Counted from the first letter of the whole stretch, positions 38,136 to 51,316 are shown. The stretch: 58,660 bases of DNA, filler included, from Sphacelaria rigidula (GCA_964200075.2; 8 parts of 8 records of this genome joined end to end with filler, not necessarily neighbours in it), one strand, 5' to 3'. The notes: generated by a model from the letters alone, not told the origin. Translations and numbers: made by a program.

Positions 38136-40400
38136 TCATGTATATGCCTTCCAACAAGTCTTTTCCAAAAACGCCACGGTAACTCTACCAAACCGATCGA
38201 AGGATCGCACCAGAGGAGTCCTATCACAGCACCACCCGCTGTCCCACTCGTCGATTTTGCATCCCACTAGATCGTGTCTGGGGAGCCCGACTACCCTCTC
38301 CACGAGGCGATCCCCGGTTGATTGCTTGGTTCTCGAGCTCATTTACGACAGTCACCATGACTGCAAAGAAATCACAGCCCAACATATTCAGAGAACGCAG
38401 GATTTGTTTTTTCTTGAAGTGGCTCTGCTCATGTGGATTGAGATCGACACCCGCCAACTCGTCACACGTCCTGAGTCCACCAAGAGAAGCTCGACACTGC
38501 GGGTCGTGATTTGTTTCGTGAGGTCCGTCGGGGGATAGGTACAGTCCGACGCACTTTCCGAGAACCGGATGAGGTTGTCGAACGTGAGGTTTTGCGGGCG
38601 GCTTAATGATGAAGGGGAGGCCGTAGCCGTCAACCAATCTCTTCTCACTCGTACTCTCCCCAGGATTGCAGCCAGATAGTGTAACCTGCAAGCACTTGAC
38701 AGCGTGGAGGGAGGTTCCAAACCCTACCCCACCATGTAGAACGTGCACTGCAGGATCAACGACGGCAACAAACGGCAATTTTCACCAGGATACTAAAAAT
38801 AATGCAAGATATAACGGAGGAGGCGTTTCTGAATAGCAGCATACTATCTTACGCACATGGTGACGAAACAAGAATACCACGCTCCGACGGAAATAAGGAA
38901 CGGGTGCACCAAATATTTGCGACTTTGAACAGAATGAAATAGAGGCGACAACAGCATTCAATGTTCTCGCCTGCTTTCTCCTTCATGCGGTCATCGGCGG
39001 GTTGTACTTCGGTAGCGATGAAGTCCACCTTGGCCTGCAGAAAAGAACACGGCGGAGATTGTGGTAGATCAGCGACATGTATCGCAAAAAATCCATCCTC
39101 AATTCGTACAATCCCGTGTCAGGCCACGGTGGAGATGGTGAAAAATGATGGTGTTTCTCCCCCTGGTCTTTGAGTAAGTGACCGTTTGTTGTTGAAAATC
39201 CAATTGTGGTGAAAACAAAAGCTGTGATCACCGGGAAACCAAAATATGCCCTGGAACGGTTTCAACGAGTAGAGCAAGTGATTGCAATATTGAACGGGTT
39301 CTAACCTGCCGTTCTTGTATTTTGTCGGATACCACGGCGTATTTTGATGCTTGATGATATCAAACATTTCCGAAACTTGATCCTTTCGCAATCCCGAAAC
39401 CGATGTTAGTAATGCATGTCCTGTACGGTTTACTCCTAGGATTTCACGTTCGGTCGAGTCGGGGACCAAGACTTCAACAGAGAAGCCGTGAAGGCTGAGC
39501 AAAGTCATCGCGAACGGCGACGGCCCACCTACCCTGCGTATTTACACTCGCTCCGTGGAGGAGACGGAGGAACTACAAATCGTGCTGGAGTGAGGTCCGG
39601 GGGCTCGCACGGCGGAAGAGGTCGTACACATCAGCCACGGCGTTTTGCCATAGGTCGGGTGGTCGAATCGTCGGTTCTCAAAGCGCTATGGGGTTGGTGT
39701 GGACACTCATACCGGTCAGAGCGGGAATCGAAACTCTGTGCAGTTTGGGGCGACTCACCCGCACATCCTACGACCCTGTAGTCGTTCTCTCACTGTCCGT
39801 GGTGCTGTCTTGAGCTCCCGCCTCGACTCGGGGAAGAACCCTGCCGTGTTCAAGGAGATACAGACAGCTCTTTTGCATGATCGGTCGCACCATACATGGT
39901 GTATCCGTGATGAGTACAACGGGCGGAACCTCAACATCGTTAAGAAGGAACAACAATAAACTCAAGCACGCATACCGTGAGTGGGGTCACAATGACAAGA
40001 TTAGTGGCAGGCAATCGTTCCATTGGAGTCGCAGGCGTTACCAAAAAGCCTGCCTTGTAGGCGTGCTCGCAGACCGGTATTTACCAAATTTCAGCTATTG
40101 CATGAGATGCAACGAAACGCGACTCACCCTCAAGCGGTTCACCATTTCCACAATATTTTGTGGTTCCTTCGCCTTCCACAGAAACACGTGCGCGATCGGG
40201 ATCCCGCCCGCGGTGGAATACTCTTCCACACTCAATGTCGCTATAGACTCACGCCAAAAAATGTATTTTTCAGAGTCATCGCTCTCTCCGGTATGGGAGA
40301 TGGAACGTTACCGGAGTTGCTTGAACAGGTTCACGAGCATTAGCTTTGTCGAACAAGTACACCGGAAAAATGAGCTTCCGTTAGAGATTATGTCAGGTAG
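38136..40400 (-). pseudogene. Decayed KDZ (Kyakuja-Dileera-Zisupton)/HMGXB3-like transposase
   Basis: HPVLG..LSPDGPHETNHDPQC..LRTCDELAGVDLNPHEQ..RSLNM..F..N..N..DRFGR resembles the recalled KDZ C-terminal pattern (D-x-x-H..C..EL-x-G..EQ..LNxM); upstream fragments STVA*HGIV and FRCTCS; stops and frameshifts throughout. Confidence 0.55.
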
Positions 40401-43208
40401 ACGTGGCATGATAACGGAGCCAACCCTTTCTCATCAAAGACGGGTATATTACACACTTGCTCTATCCCTAAAAAATGAGCAGGGGTTATCGACTCGTAAC
40501 CGAATTGAGGTTTACGTCACAACGATAGACGAACCACGGGTCAGAATACGTAATGCTATGAACTCCACCCGGCGTTAAAGATCACATTATTGATCAGGAG
40601 GGGGGGGGGAAGGATGAAAAACCGCGGCCAACATCTGAAAACGTCGAAACATAAAGTGACAGCTGGTTTGTTGTTGTCAAGTTTCGGCTGGTTTCACCTG
40701 TACCTCTCGGGAGTATCAGGCAAAACGCACAGTGCGGGGCTGATCCGAAAACTCCCCCACATTTTTGGAAGTCGACCAATTGACCCAAAATGTTTACAAT
40801 AGGCTCATTCGTGCGCGGAGATTACGAACCTGAACTTGTACTTTTTGTCGTTTCAAGTGCGTTATATCGTGGGTATGTCGCCGACAACGGCATTCTTCGC
40901 AATAAAAGGTTCAAGTAGAATCGAAACAATCATGTTGAAGCCTTTATCGCAAATGAATATTCAAATCAAACCAAGCTGATTTGTGTCCCAACAACTTCGT
41001 AAATGATACTGCACCCCCGTTCCCCCTGCCTCCCCAGGTCGTCGGAACGGAATCGAGTGCCGAGGAGCACAAAAATACGAAACGTTAATAAGCATGGTGG
41101 ATAAATGAATTCGAGGAGATTTCGTACCGATAGTTTCGCGTACAGCTTCTTGGACGACGATTTGGAGCTTCTCTGGGCAAACCTGAAAACGGCTGGTGAC
41201 GTTGTTTATTTTCCACCTTGACGAGGCAACTGGCCCTTAACCGCGAATGGCGCCTACAGCGCGGTAGTAAAAGCAAACATGATGGTGAAGTGCTCTGCTT
41301 TACTCACGAGTTTAATTCAGCCTTGCCCCTGAAGCATCGGACGTGAAAACCATAGAGCTCGTGCTTGATCACGTCATCGACTGTCAGTCTCCTTGCCGGA
41401 CGCACGCAAAACGTTGACCCTTCACCGTCCTCGCCCATACACCCTCCCGCCGCCGTCGCGGTCACCGCCGCTGCCTCCGCTCCCATCCCAACGCCTCCTA
41501 CCGCCGCTGCCACTGAGCCCGCCATCCCGTCCATGGCAAGTCCTTCTTTGAGCATCCTGGGACGGTTGTGCATATGGCACTTCATAGGGTTGAGCGATAA
41601 TCAGTTCGACACATCGTAAAAACGAAATGACTGTCCCCACCATCATCATCAACGTGCTCCCCCCCCCTCCCCCGCGTGCTGCCATTGCTGCTCCTCCCCC
41701 TCTACCGTTCCTACCCGTTCCCCCTCTTCAGCCGCCGCCGCCACAGTTCCCGTGCCCACCCCCCATTCTCTCCCCACACACCCACACACCCACGGTCGTG
41801 CCCTTCTTCGGTCACTCTGAGATGGTTGCACACACGGTGCTTCGTAGGACGGGGCGATACCTGGATCCGCACCTTGCACCTTGCGCATAACCGTGACTTT
41901 ACACCATCGCCTCCCCCTCCGCTGTCGTTCCTATCGCGACCGCCTCTGCCACCACCTCCGCCGATAAAACCGTCCGATCGACCGCACTCCCTCCATCCCG
42001 CCCCCCTCGAGGTAAGAAGCGATATGTCTGGTTTAGTGTTTTTCCCAATCCTGCGATGCAGTAGTACCGCATGAAGTGCCCCGAACAACCAGTGTCGATT
42101 CACAACAACCAAATCCAGTCGGGAGCACTAGGATAGCCTGGTGAAAGACGCAGGGTCGTATGGTAAAGAGTGCACTGCCGGAGGATGAGCGCTGTCACCC
42201 GCGTGTTGAGGCATGCCGGCAGTTCCTCGGCAACATGCCCGCCTCCTCGATGGAGGACGGAGTCCGGTATCGCCATAGTTTCTCGCCAGAACGATATGAT
42301 TTCCGGGCCAGTACAGCATAGAACTCACGCAACTACACACCATCGCGGTTACCATGCTCAACCTCTCTCGGGTACAAGCCCACAATTTCGCTGTGGTATG
42401 ATCATGCAGTCTTGACATGGACACTCTCGCTGTAGCGCACTGTGTAGCTCTGCCCTGGGCGCTACATCGCTCGCTTGGCAATTGCAGCAGCAGGAGTTGC
42501 GCTGCGCAACTACTACTGCACTCGACAGCGTGCACATGTAGCCAGACTACTGTGTGTATCAACTGAGGCCTTCTCCTCCAAGCTGGTACACTGCAGCAAC
42601 TTGGAACGTCCGGAAGCAGCAGGAATACTGCGCATTGTCCTCGTGTGCGCGCGCGCGTGTGCGTGCTTGCTCCTGCTGAAAAGCGGCAACTTCTCAGCGA
42701 ATGTCACGAATAAAGGTGACGGGAGGTGACGAACTGCTGTCACGAGAGGTGTTGTTCCACACAATGGGCGCACAGGCGAAAATAATAAATATGACCATCA
42801 CATCACCTGCAAACCTGCCCAATCCAGATCCAATGTATATGTATATATATATACATGTGTGTGTATCTATGAAATCAATTTGCCGCACCGTCTCGACCCC
42901 TTGATCCAAGCCGATTTCTCAAGCCTCCGTGACCGACCTATTTGTTTGACTCACCCGGTCTTCAATCGCCATTACATTAGCGTACATCATTCACATTCGT
43001 ATCCGTTCCACAAACCGCCGATCCCGCTACGATCTTTCACTTTTCATTATCAGCACCTGCACAAACCATAACGTTCCAAGACTTATCCTCGGTAACTACC
43101 ACGTGGTGAATCAACCTCACGAGTTGAGCCAGATGACATTGATTTTTTTACGTGTTGATGTCGGCCGGTGGTAAATTCGAAGACTCGAGGCCGTGTCTTC
43201 ATTATAAT

Positions 43209-43295
43209 AGAGGTATTTCAACCTGTAGATTCCCGGTATATTTGGCTGTGAATGACTGTTACATATATTGGGAACCCGGAGTTTGAGATCCCTCT
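43209..43295. mobile_element. 87-bp AGAGG-ended MITE
   Basis: aat|agaggtatttcaa..ttgagatccctct|att. Confidence 0.75.
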
Positions 43296-43972
43296 ATTAG
43301 GGCGTGTCTTACGGAGCACATTACTTTTCCATCGGGAGATGTGTAATGGAAAAGGAAAACTGTGGAAAAATCGAATATGCACCCGGGTGCACAAACGAAG
43401 ATAGGTCGTGTTTTCAAATATATTGATGGTTGAAATCACCCACGAGAGCACGCACCAGCGCGATTAAAAACAAGAATCCCAATTTGATGAGCCGTAAGCC
43501 AAAAGTCCCCGCCTCGGCAAAGGGGGTCCCGCCGGAGGCGCCCCTGGAGAGGCCAGATACAGGCGCCGTGCCGGAGGCACGTTTTTACGCGGTTTGGCTT
43601 CATTAAAGCTATAATAATACGCCAAAGATGGGCCACTTTCGAAGGGAAAACCCATAAGGCACTTGGCTTGGGAATTCCTGGAAACAAAAGTAGCCCATTT
43701 GAATTATCGAAAAAGAATGTAACTAGGGTACGAGCCCAGGACTGCTGCTGGACTACTGCTGAATGTAACAGCGGATCCTGAAAAATGGGGCCGATCTCAA
43801 AAATGAGGTTCAAGTGGTATATCTCTTTTTTGCAGGGACGACGCGAAACAATGACACAGAGCGAAAGCATCTTTCCCCCCCAAACTCTGCAACTGTGAAT
43901 CATTCAAGGGTCGGACAAATAATGATTTGTCTGGAAATTAATTGGTTCTAGTATGATGAGTTGACCCATGAT

Positions 43973-44072
43973 NNNNNNNNNNNNNNNNNNNNNNNNNNNN
44001 NNNNNNNNNNNNNNNNTTAATTAATTAANNNNNNNNNNNNNNNNNNNNNNNNNNNNNNNNNNNNNNNNNNNN
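43973..44072. other. Artificial contig linker
   Basis: 44N-TTAATTAATTAA-44N. Confidence 0.98.
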
Positions 44073-45010
44073 AAACCTACGCTGAATTCCGCCCACCCTA
44101 CGTTTCGATTCTGGGGGCATAGAGATACTGTATTCCCGACGAAGAAGTCCTTCGTTCCCCGCTCTCCTGGTACCCTTAGCCATATGCTCTCGTCGAATTT
44201 CGTGTCATCGATCACTTCTATGCTGTCACACAGGTATTCCTGGACTAAGAATCTTACCCCCCCGCTCTCCTGCTCTTGGACTTCTGTCCCTTCCGCTTCT
44301 TCCCTATCCATGCGTACTCTTCAACTTTACATCCTATTTCCGCCCCCTCTTTCTTGGATTCCTACTATATCTTGGTCGTGTTTACTCACTTGTCGCGCTA
44401 TCTCTTCTCTTTTGCGCTTGCCTGTGGCGAATCCACACACGTTCCACGATCCTACTCTCACCTTCCTTTCCGAATTGTTATCTGCTCTCTCATTGTCTCC
44501 TATCCTTTTTCCGTGTCTGTTACTTCTACTTTCACTTGCTTGATTGTTCTGCCCCTTGCCAGTTTGGTCTTTGTCCACTCGCTTCGGGCCGCTATGTTCC
44601 CTCCCCTTTCCCTTCCGGACGCTTACCTGCTCCTGCCTCTCTCCCCCTCCGTTTACCCGTGGAGTACGTCCTAGGTTTGTTGTTCCATTAGCTATGCATA
44701 CTCTCCACTCTATTCTTCTAACCCATGCCGACACTTTACTTGTTTCTATCCTTTCTCATTCCTTGCTCGCGCTCTGTTTTAGCGTGACTCGGAAGTGTTC
44801 TCCCTTCCTTTCTACTTATCCTCTTGCCAAACATTATATTCCAACTTCATCGCCTTTCTTTTTAGACTCTGTCTTTGTCATATCGCTACGGACTCCGAAT
44901 ACCAGCACTACTAGTACTTTACCCGACCACTCTCTACTCCTCAATCCGCCCTTCCTTACTGTTTGTCTCTCGATCTCCTTCGAGAGAATCTCCAGCTTGT
45001 TCGTTTCGAG
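44073..45010 (-). mobile_element. Non-LTR retrotransposon remnant (probable ORF1 end plus N-terminus of APE endonuclease), frameshifted
   Basis: VRVGSWNVCGF..DIVGIQE, then GGVRFLV..ESIWLRVPG..FFVGN (APE motifs WNVxG, QE, GGV). Confidence 0.85.
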
Positions 45011-45576
45011 TGTATTGGTGGGGTATCTTCAACGTACTGCAACATCCCAATCCTAGTACTTGTTGGGGGTCTCGTGTCTTCTAGTTCTTTTGCTGGTTCA
45101 CCGACACTGAATAATGCATCCAACACGGGCTCGTGGCCTGAAGCCAAGTGCAACACCTTCGACACAAGTACCCCACGTTTGTGCCAGACGATCTTCACGG
45201 TAAACCATCTGATACCATCCATCCGCTACGATAGGGGGGAGGTGTTCGATTCCGCGAAAAAATAGGCTCATAGGTGCGTCGGACGACCCATCACACTCGC
45301 GGTACGCTTGTATTTGGTTAAGAGCGGTGTTAAGCAGTAAGAATGAGGGTTATTTATCGAGAGCAAGCGCGTTTGAACAACCATTATTGTTGCTTTCAAC
45401 AACGATTGAAGTTGATTTTCTTACAAGAAAATGAAATCATAACCTGCACAACGTACACCAGCGCATTAATGAGAGGAATGTTTCGATGGTTGATATACCC
45501 ATCATCCTTGTTTTGTTAGTTCAACAAAACGAATCGTTCCCAATCATTACTCGTCAGTGTCTCATTTATGAATAGA

Positions 45577-45652
45577 AGAGGTATCTCAAACCCGAGATTC
45601 CCGGTATATTTCACGGTAATTATGTCGGGAACCTCCAGTTGAAGATTCCTCT
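45577..45652. mobile_element. Degenerate AGAGG-ended MITE
   Basis: agaggtatctcaaacccgagattcccggtatatt..gggaacctccagttgaagattcctct. Confidence 0.6.
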
Positions 45653-45825
45653 GTATATAGGAACACATGAAAACGCGTTATTCCTGATAGAAGCTCACTC
45701 TCAGTCAGAAGCTAGACTCTCAATCTGACGAAAATGCTGCTGGCTACAAAACTGGTCCGGTGTTGCATAAACATTTGCGATTGTGCCGTGATGAAAATCC
45801 GCCGACTACAGCAATAGGCCATTAA

Positions 45826-46131
45826 CCCTTAGACCGCGAGGGTAGTTCATCTGGACCACGCAAACCTTTTTGAAGTGAAGTTGAGGCCGATTAAACAGAT
45901 GACCCACTCTCGTCGTCTAAAGGCTAACCCTCAGACGACTAGAGTAGGTCATCTGCTGAAACGGCATCAATTTCACTTGAAAAAGTAATGCATGATCCAG
46001 ATGGATTACCCTCACGGTCTAAGGGTTAACCCTTAGACCGCGGTGCGGGTAGTCCATCTGGATCACGCATACTTTGTTCAAGTGAATATTGGTGCCGATT
46101 AAACAGGTGACCTACTCTCGCCGTCTAAGGG
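45826..46131. mobile_element. Train of three piggyBac-like MITEs (+,-,+)
   Basis: Units 45826-45923, 45928-46025 and 46030-46131 with CCCT..AGG(G) ends, separated by single CTAA/TTAA. Confidence 0.9.
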
Positions 46132-46134
46132 TTA

Positions 46135-46513
46135 CACACGCGGCCGCTCGGCTACCCCCATAAAAGCCCTCTATCGCGATTTTCACCCTTTCGAGGGTAA
46201 AATACGCTCTAGAGGATATTTCATCGCCAGGTGCTGTCATAAACGAATCCTCCGGAGGGCATCTGAGCTCCAGTGACTTCTGAGGTCTGAACCCTCGAGA
46301 GTAGCAAAGAAGATGGTGCTCTGGAAGGCTGCGCATCCTCCAAATTCCTCCGGAGGGATGCGCGGCCCTTCAGAGGCAAAACAAGCCTCTGGAGGCGTTT
46401 GATCCCACCCCTCTGGAGGGCCGCGCACCCTCTGGAGGCGTTTACTCCCCCTGGAGGCTCGAAAAGTTGACCGGAACAGGGTAATGTTGGGGATAGCCGA
46501 ATGGCCGCGTGTG
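46135..46513. mobile_element. MITE with ~24-bp TIR and internal CTCTGGAGG repeats
   Basis: ta|cacacgcggccgctcggctacccc..gggatagccgaatggccgcgtgtg|ta. Confidence 0.75.
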
Positions 46514-46749
46514 TAAAGGAAAAAATGGAAAGAAAAACATGAATGCTCTCTGGGTGAAGAGCACAGGACCTCGTCATGTTTGTATAAACACTTCTCAATA
46601 GCGTAACAGCCGATGCGAAGCTACTAACGAGATACTTCGAAGTAGTACAATTAACACCGGAGTCATGCTACGATCGAGGAGGGGTATTTCGGGTCAGATC
46701 ACACAACATGATACCATGCATCCCGAAAATTAATGTTTTATGGATTAAT

Positions 46750-46836
46750 AGAGGTATCTCAAACTCGAGGTTCCCGATATATTTATCCGTAGATTACTGT
46801 GAAATATACCGGGAATCTCGAGTTTGAGATACCTCT
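46750..46836. mobile_element. 87-bp AGAGG-ended MITE with AAT TSD
   Basis: aat|agaggtatctcaaactcgaggttcccg..cgggaatctcgagtttgagatacctct|aat. Confidence 0.85.
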
Positions 46837-47438
46837 AATACGTTGAATGCGGGTGTAGGCTGTTGACCCGTGGTAATTCTAAAGAGGTGCATATCGGCGT
46901 TTGTTTCGTTTCGAATATTAAACGCAACGACCATCTCTTCTTAATGTTAACACTTTGGCCACCAGGATTCTTCGTAATGGTAACCCTTTGACCACCAGGA
47001 TTCGCAATCTGGGTCACGCAGTGACTTTCCAAGCGCACTATGATACCGATTCCACAAACGGCTAAAAATCTCGCTCTCAATCGAACGCTATACTCTCAAT
47101 CTGGCGAGAATGTTTTTACTCACGATTGTTCAGTGACGAAAGAATCAAAATTAACGATTATTTTCGATACTAATCTCTTTCGTGTTGAACTTTCTGTGGG
47201 GTTTGTTGCCACTGCATATGCATTGATCATCCTGCTGCATACACCGTACGGGCGTGTCTTTGGACATAATTTTTCGATCGAAAATGTGCGGTGGAGGAGG
47301 AAAACTCCGATCTGATGGGTCATGATTCAACCATCGTAGTTCATTTTGAAGATGGTTGAAATCACGACCTATGGTATCTTTTTTTGTTCCTCATCGTAAT
47401 TTTGCAATCGAAATATGATGTGCTGAGACACGGCTTAA

Positions 47439-47867
47439 CCCTTAGACCGCGGTGCGGGTAGTCCATCTGGATCATGCACACTTTCTCCAAGTGAATATTG
47501 ATGCCGATTCAGCAGGTGACCTACCCTCGCGGCCAAGGGGTTACCCCTTCGACCGCGACATTAGTCTTTCTGGATCATGCATATCTTTTTTCACTTGAAA
47601 TTGATGCCGATTCAAGAGAAGACTAACCTCGCGATCTAAGGGTTATAACCCTTTTGGAAGCCATTTACGATTCTTGTTTTTGTGAATCGGCATCATTTTC
47701 ACTTGAAAATGACTGAACATAATGCCGATTCACAAAAACAAATATCGTCAATGGATTTCCGAAGGGTTAACCGTTAGACCGCGAGGGCAGTCCATCTGGA
47801 TTGTGAATCCTTTTTTCAAGTGAAATTAATGTCGATTTAACAGATGATCCACTCCGCTGTCCAAGGG
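47439..47867. mobile_element. Train of four piggyBac-like MITEs of mixed subfamilies
   Basis: Units 47439-47540, 47545-47642, 47649-47766 and 47771-47867 joined by TTAC/TTATAA/TTAA. Confidence 0.85.
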
Positions 47868-47971
47868 TTATGGCCAGTTCTTCTCGGGGCAAAACAAAAT
47901 AAAGATCGAAAAAATCGGATTGATGTTAAGCCCTATGATTCGTCCCCACGATACCCCCTCCCCCCCCCTCC

Positions 47972-49540
47972 CGTGCTCCGTCTCGAAAGGGATGCGTGGT
48001 CAATGGTCAAACGACCAAGGCCAAGAAACAAATGAGTACGCCCCCCCCCCCTCTCGAAAAAGAAGAATCGATCTCGTCTATTTGTGTATGATCCTGATTC
48101 GTGAAAAGTATTTTGGAACATTCCATTGGGCTATTCGAGAAATCTACTTTAACATACATGGCGACCACGGAATGACACATGCGGACAGCGTGACACGTAC
48201 TCAAGACATAACCACGCATCAACACCTTGGGCCCACCGTCCCCGATTGAAAACAGAGCATGACCCTAAACGCAGCTGCTGATTTGTTGAGTACGATGTTT
48301 TTGGTTTGGTACAAATCTGTTCTGGATTGCAAAGGATCCGGTTATTTACGTTAGACGCTCCGAACATAACCATCCACGTGAGGTGAACGACTGCATGTTT
48401 TGGCGACTGTTTTGGCATGCACAGGGCCACTCCTCCTCCAATGCTTCATGGGTTGCCGCGGAGAAAAAACTCCTGTGTGATGTGGATAAACAAGAGCTGG
48501 TACTAGATGTAATGCGCTTGGGTGGCGGATATCTGTGCGTGGTTGCTCGGGCTCCGTTGTGTCGGTGTGACGTGTTTCAGTCGCTGTTCTCGTGTTATCT
48601 GTTCAGGTGTTCAGAGCAGTCCTTTTCAGATGGTCAGAGCTGTTCGGACATATAGTACGTCCAGTGCAAGAAACACAGATTTAGGAAATCAGACATGTGT
48701 TCTCGATTGGACACAAATTGGTCGACATGAGCTAAGATCACATTCCAGGATGATCTCCGGACGTAGTTTATTTTGTCTCGACGAGACCCGACCAACATTG
48801 TGAAGCAGCAGTGAGAATCACGCTCACAGTAGTTGACGCCATCCACCAGCCATTCTGGTTCTAAACCTGTAGGCCTCGTTGCCTTCGTTAAGTTCATCAT
48901 GTCCATCATGAGCTCTTACATACCCATACACTTCCCTCACACCAGTCGTTGATTGTTTCGTATTACACTCAGAATTCACCCTTGCGCTGACCTCTTTCCC
49001 GTAGTCAGTCCTTCGCCTGAGCTTCTCCTGTTCCGCCCGCGAAGACCCACTCCCACGCCTGTTCGAAATTTGTTGCCCGTCCATTCCTTCACGGAACTGT
49101 TCGCCAAGTAAATGTTGAAATGTAGTGGTTGGGCGGGGAAGGGGATACATCTGAGAGAGCGGTGCATGATGAGCTGAATTCGTACAGAAGCGGGTGCGCC
49201 GGCTCGGGTTCGGTGTATCAGAATCACCGTTAGTCTAGTAACATATACTGTAGACTCCCCCACTGCCGTGAACCGCGGTATCATACGCAAAAAATAGCAG
49301 CTGCTCCCTACTATCCGAAGGACGAGGATAAGATATGTAAAAGGTTTTTGTGTAACGTATGGAAGAAGCGTAATGAGCACCGAGATGTTGGAGGTGTCTA
49401 TATTAGGAGTAGGAACGGTGCTTCGTCTCGAACGGGAGATGCGTGGTCAACGGTCAAACGCTCCGTCTCGAAAGGGATGCGTGGTCAATGGTCAAATGAC
49501 TAAGGCAAGCAACAAATGAGTACGCCCCCCCCCGCCCCCC
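47972..49540. mobile_element. Element bounded by ~80-bp direct terminal repeats (right repeat partly doubled)
   Basis: ctccgtctcgaaagggatgcgtggtcaatggtcaaa..aaatgagtacgcccccc at about 47976 and 49461, with an extra partial copy at about 49417. Confidence 0.55.
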
Positions 49541-49646
49541 CTACTATCCGAAGCAAGCAAGCACTCACGGATAGTCACTGATGCACGCCATCCACACTTC
49601 CTGACGTCCCTAGGACACGGACAATGTGAACAACATGCATACGGGA

Positions 49647-50006
49647 GCCTTGCATTATCCTGCAACCTCCATTTGGGATATGGACGTTCATCTGGGATAT
49701 CCATCCGGGATATCAAATCCATCTGGGATATCTATCTGAGAAATCCATCTAGGATGTGAAAGTCCATCTGATATATCCATATCTTGAATGGACGCACATC
49801 TGGGATGTGCATGTCCATCTGGGACGTGGATGTCTATCCGGGATGTCCATCTGAGATATCATCCGGGATGCGGGTATCCATCTCTGGGATATCCCAGATG
49901 AGTTTGATATCCTGGATGGATATCTATCTAGAATGTGATATCCTGGATGGACGCCCATCTAGGATATATCCACACCCCAGATGTAGGTTGCATTATAATG
50001 CAAGGC
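49647..50006. mobile_element. MITE with ~30-bp TIR and internal GGATAT/CCATCT repeats
   Basis: gccttgcattatcctgcaacctccatttggg / cccagatgtaggttgcattataatgcaaggc. Confidence 0.75.
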
Positions 50007-50282
50007 CGTGATGCGTACTGCGCGAATCGGGGCTGCGGAACACACATCTCAGAATTTAGATGGGTTTCGTAATGACCACACAATGCGGACTCAGGCTTAC
50101 AAGGCGTGGGTTCACAACCCGATCCCCGCTGTACGCACGTCGATCAACTTGTTGTCCAGAATCTATCATGACCTATGAACGTTATGGAATATGGACGGCA
50201 TGTACCAGCGGTCACCCGTGCTGCTTCCTCCCGAGGGTCTACGACACGAACGGTCAACCCAAATCCCCAGCATCCGTCGTAC

Positions 50283-50561
50283 CGGTCCACTACTACCATC
50301 ACCGCTGCCCCGTCGTTGACTGCGCCAGCTGTCCCTTCTCCCGCTGCTACCCGCCTCCTCAACGCCGTCGCTGGTCTTGCCGGCATTTGCGGCGGCAACC
50401 GCGGCGGCCGCAGCACTTGCACCCTCTTTGTTGCCGATGCTTGAGCTACGCCTGCGACCGGCTGTCTTGGCCCAGTCGTTCTCGGCGGAGACTAGGGCCG
50501 AGAACGAAGTGTCGAGGGCGTTCGCTACTTTCACCACGCACATTGCCAGCACTGCTGCGTC
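50283..50561 (-). CDS. Possible host exon, product unknown
   Basis: ccacag acceptor; GC-rich open frame DAAVLAMCVVKVANALDTSFSALVSAENDWAKTAGRRRSSS..; donor uncertain (exon end 50283 or 50206). Confidence 0.35.
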
Positions 50562-51316
50562 CTGTGGTTTGGATCAGGTTTGGGGAATGATCAGGTCACG
50601 GCCGGAGTATCGGCTAGGGACGGTTTTCGCAGAAAATGCCGAGTGTTCCTTGAGACGAGGATTATGATTTTCAGGGCCTGAGGCTAGATAGAGTTGGGGT
50701 TAGGAATGTTTTTTAGCGAAAACTTCACCCTGACTTGATCGACCCTTTCTTCACGAGACTGTGATTCAGTCTCGGTTCGTTCGCTACTCTTGTATCTAAC
50801 CCTTATCTTGTAATAATGGGGTCATACAGCAAAAATAAGGTTCGTAGCTTGTACAGACAGTGCCGATCACTTCTCAGAGAAGCAGATGGTGATGGAGTGC
50901 TACACTCGGCGGTAAGGGGGAGCAGCATTTCTCCGGCGAATAGGTGACCAAAAGGGGGTGCCTGGCGGCGACTATTGTAACGTTCCGCGCCGTCGCGGAG
51001 TCGTCATCGTGTAGACAACATGGCAGGACGTTGTTGCGAGGGTGTCTGAAGTGCACACAACATATCAGCACCTTGTGTACGCATTGACGTTCCCACCAGA
51101 GCGTGGGATGTATATCTCTCAGCGTACCGTTTTCCCCTCTGCGAAGCAAGGTACTGGTGCGGCTACAATATAACAGGGTATACCGCGCACAGGGAGCAGG
51201 TGGCGGATTATGTTCCTGTGTAAAGTCGTATAACCAATATTGGAAAGACGAGCCTACGTCTGTGACCACGGGTTCGGGAGATCGGACTAATGTGCGGAAA
51301 TAATAATAACAATGAT

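Noticed and set aside
45826-46131. MITE trains as CRISPR or integron cassette arrays
   Set aside because: Units are homologous over their full length with TIRs and TTAA junctions; no spacers or cassette ORFs
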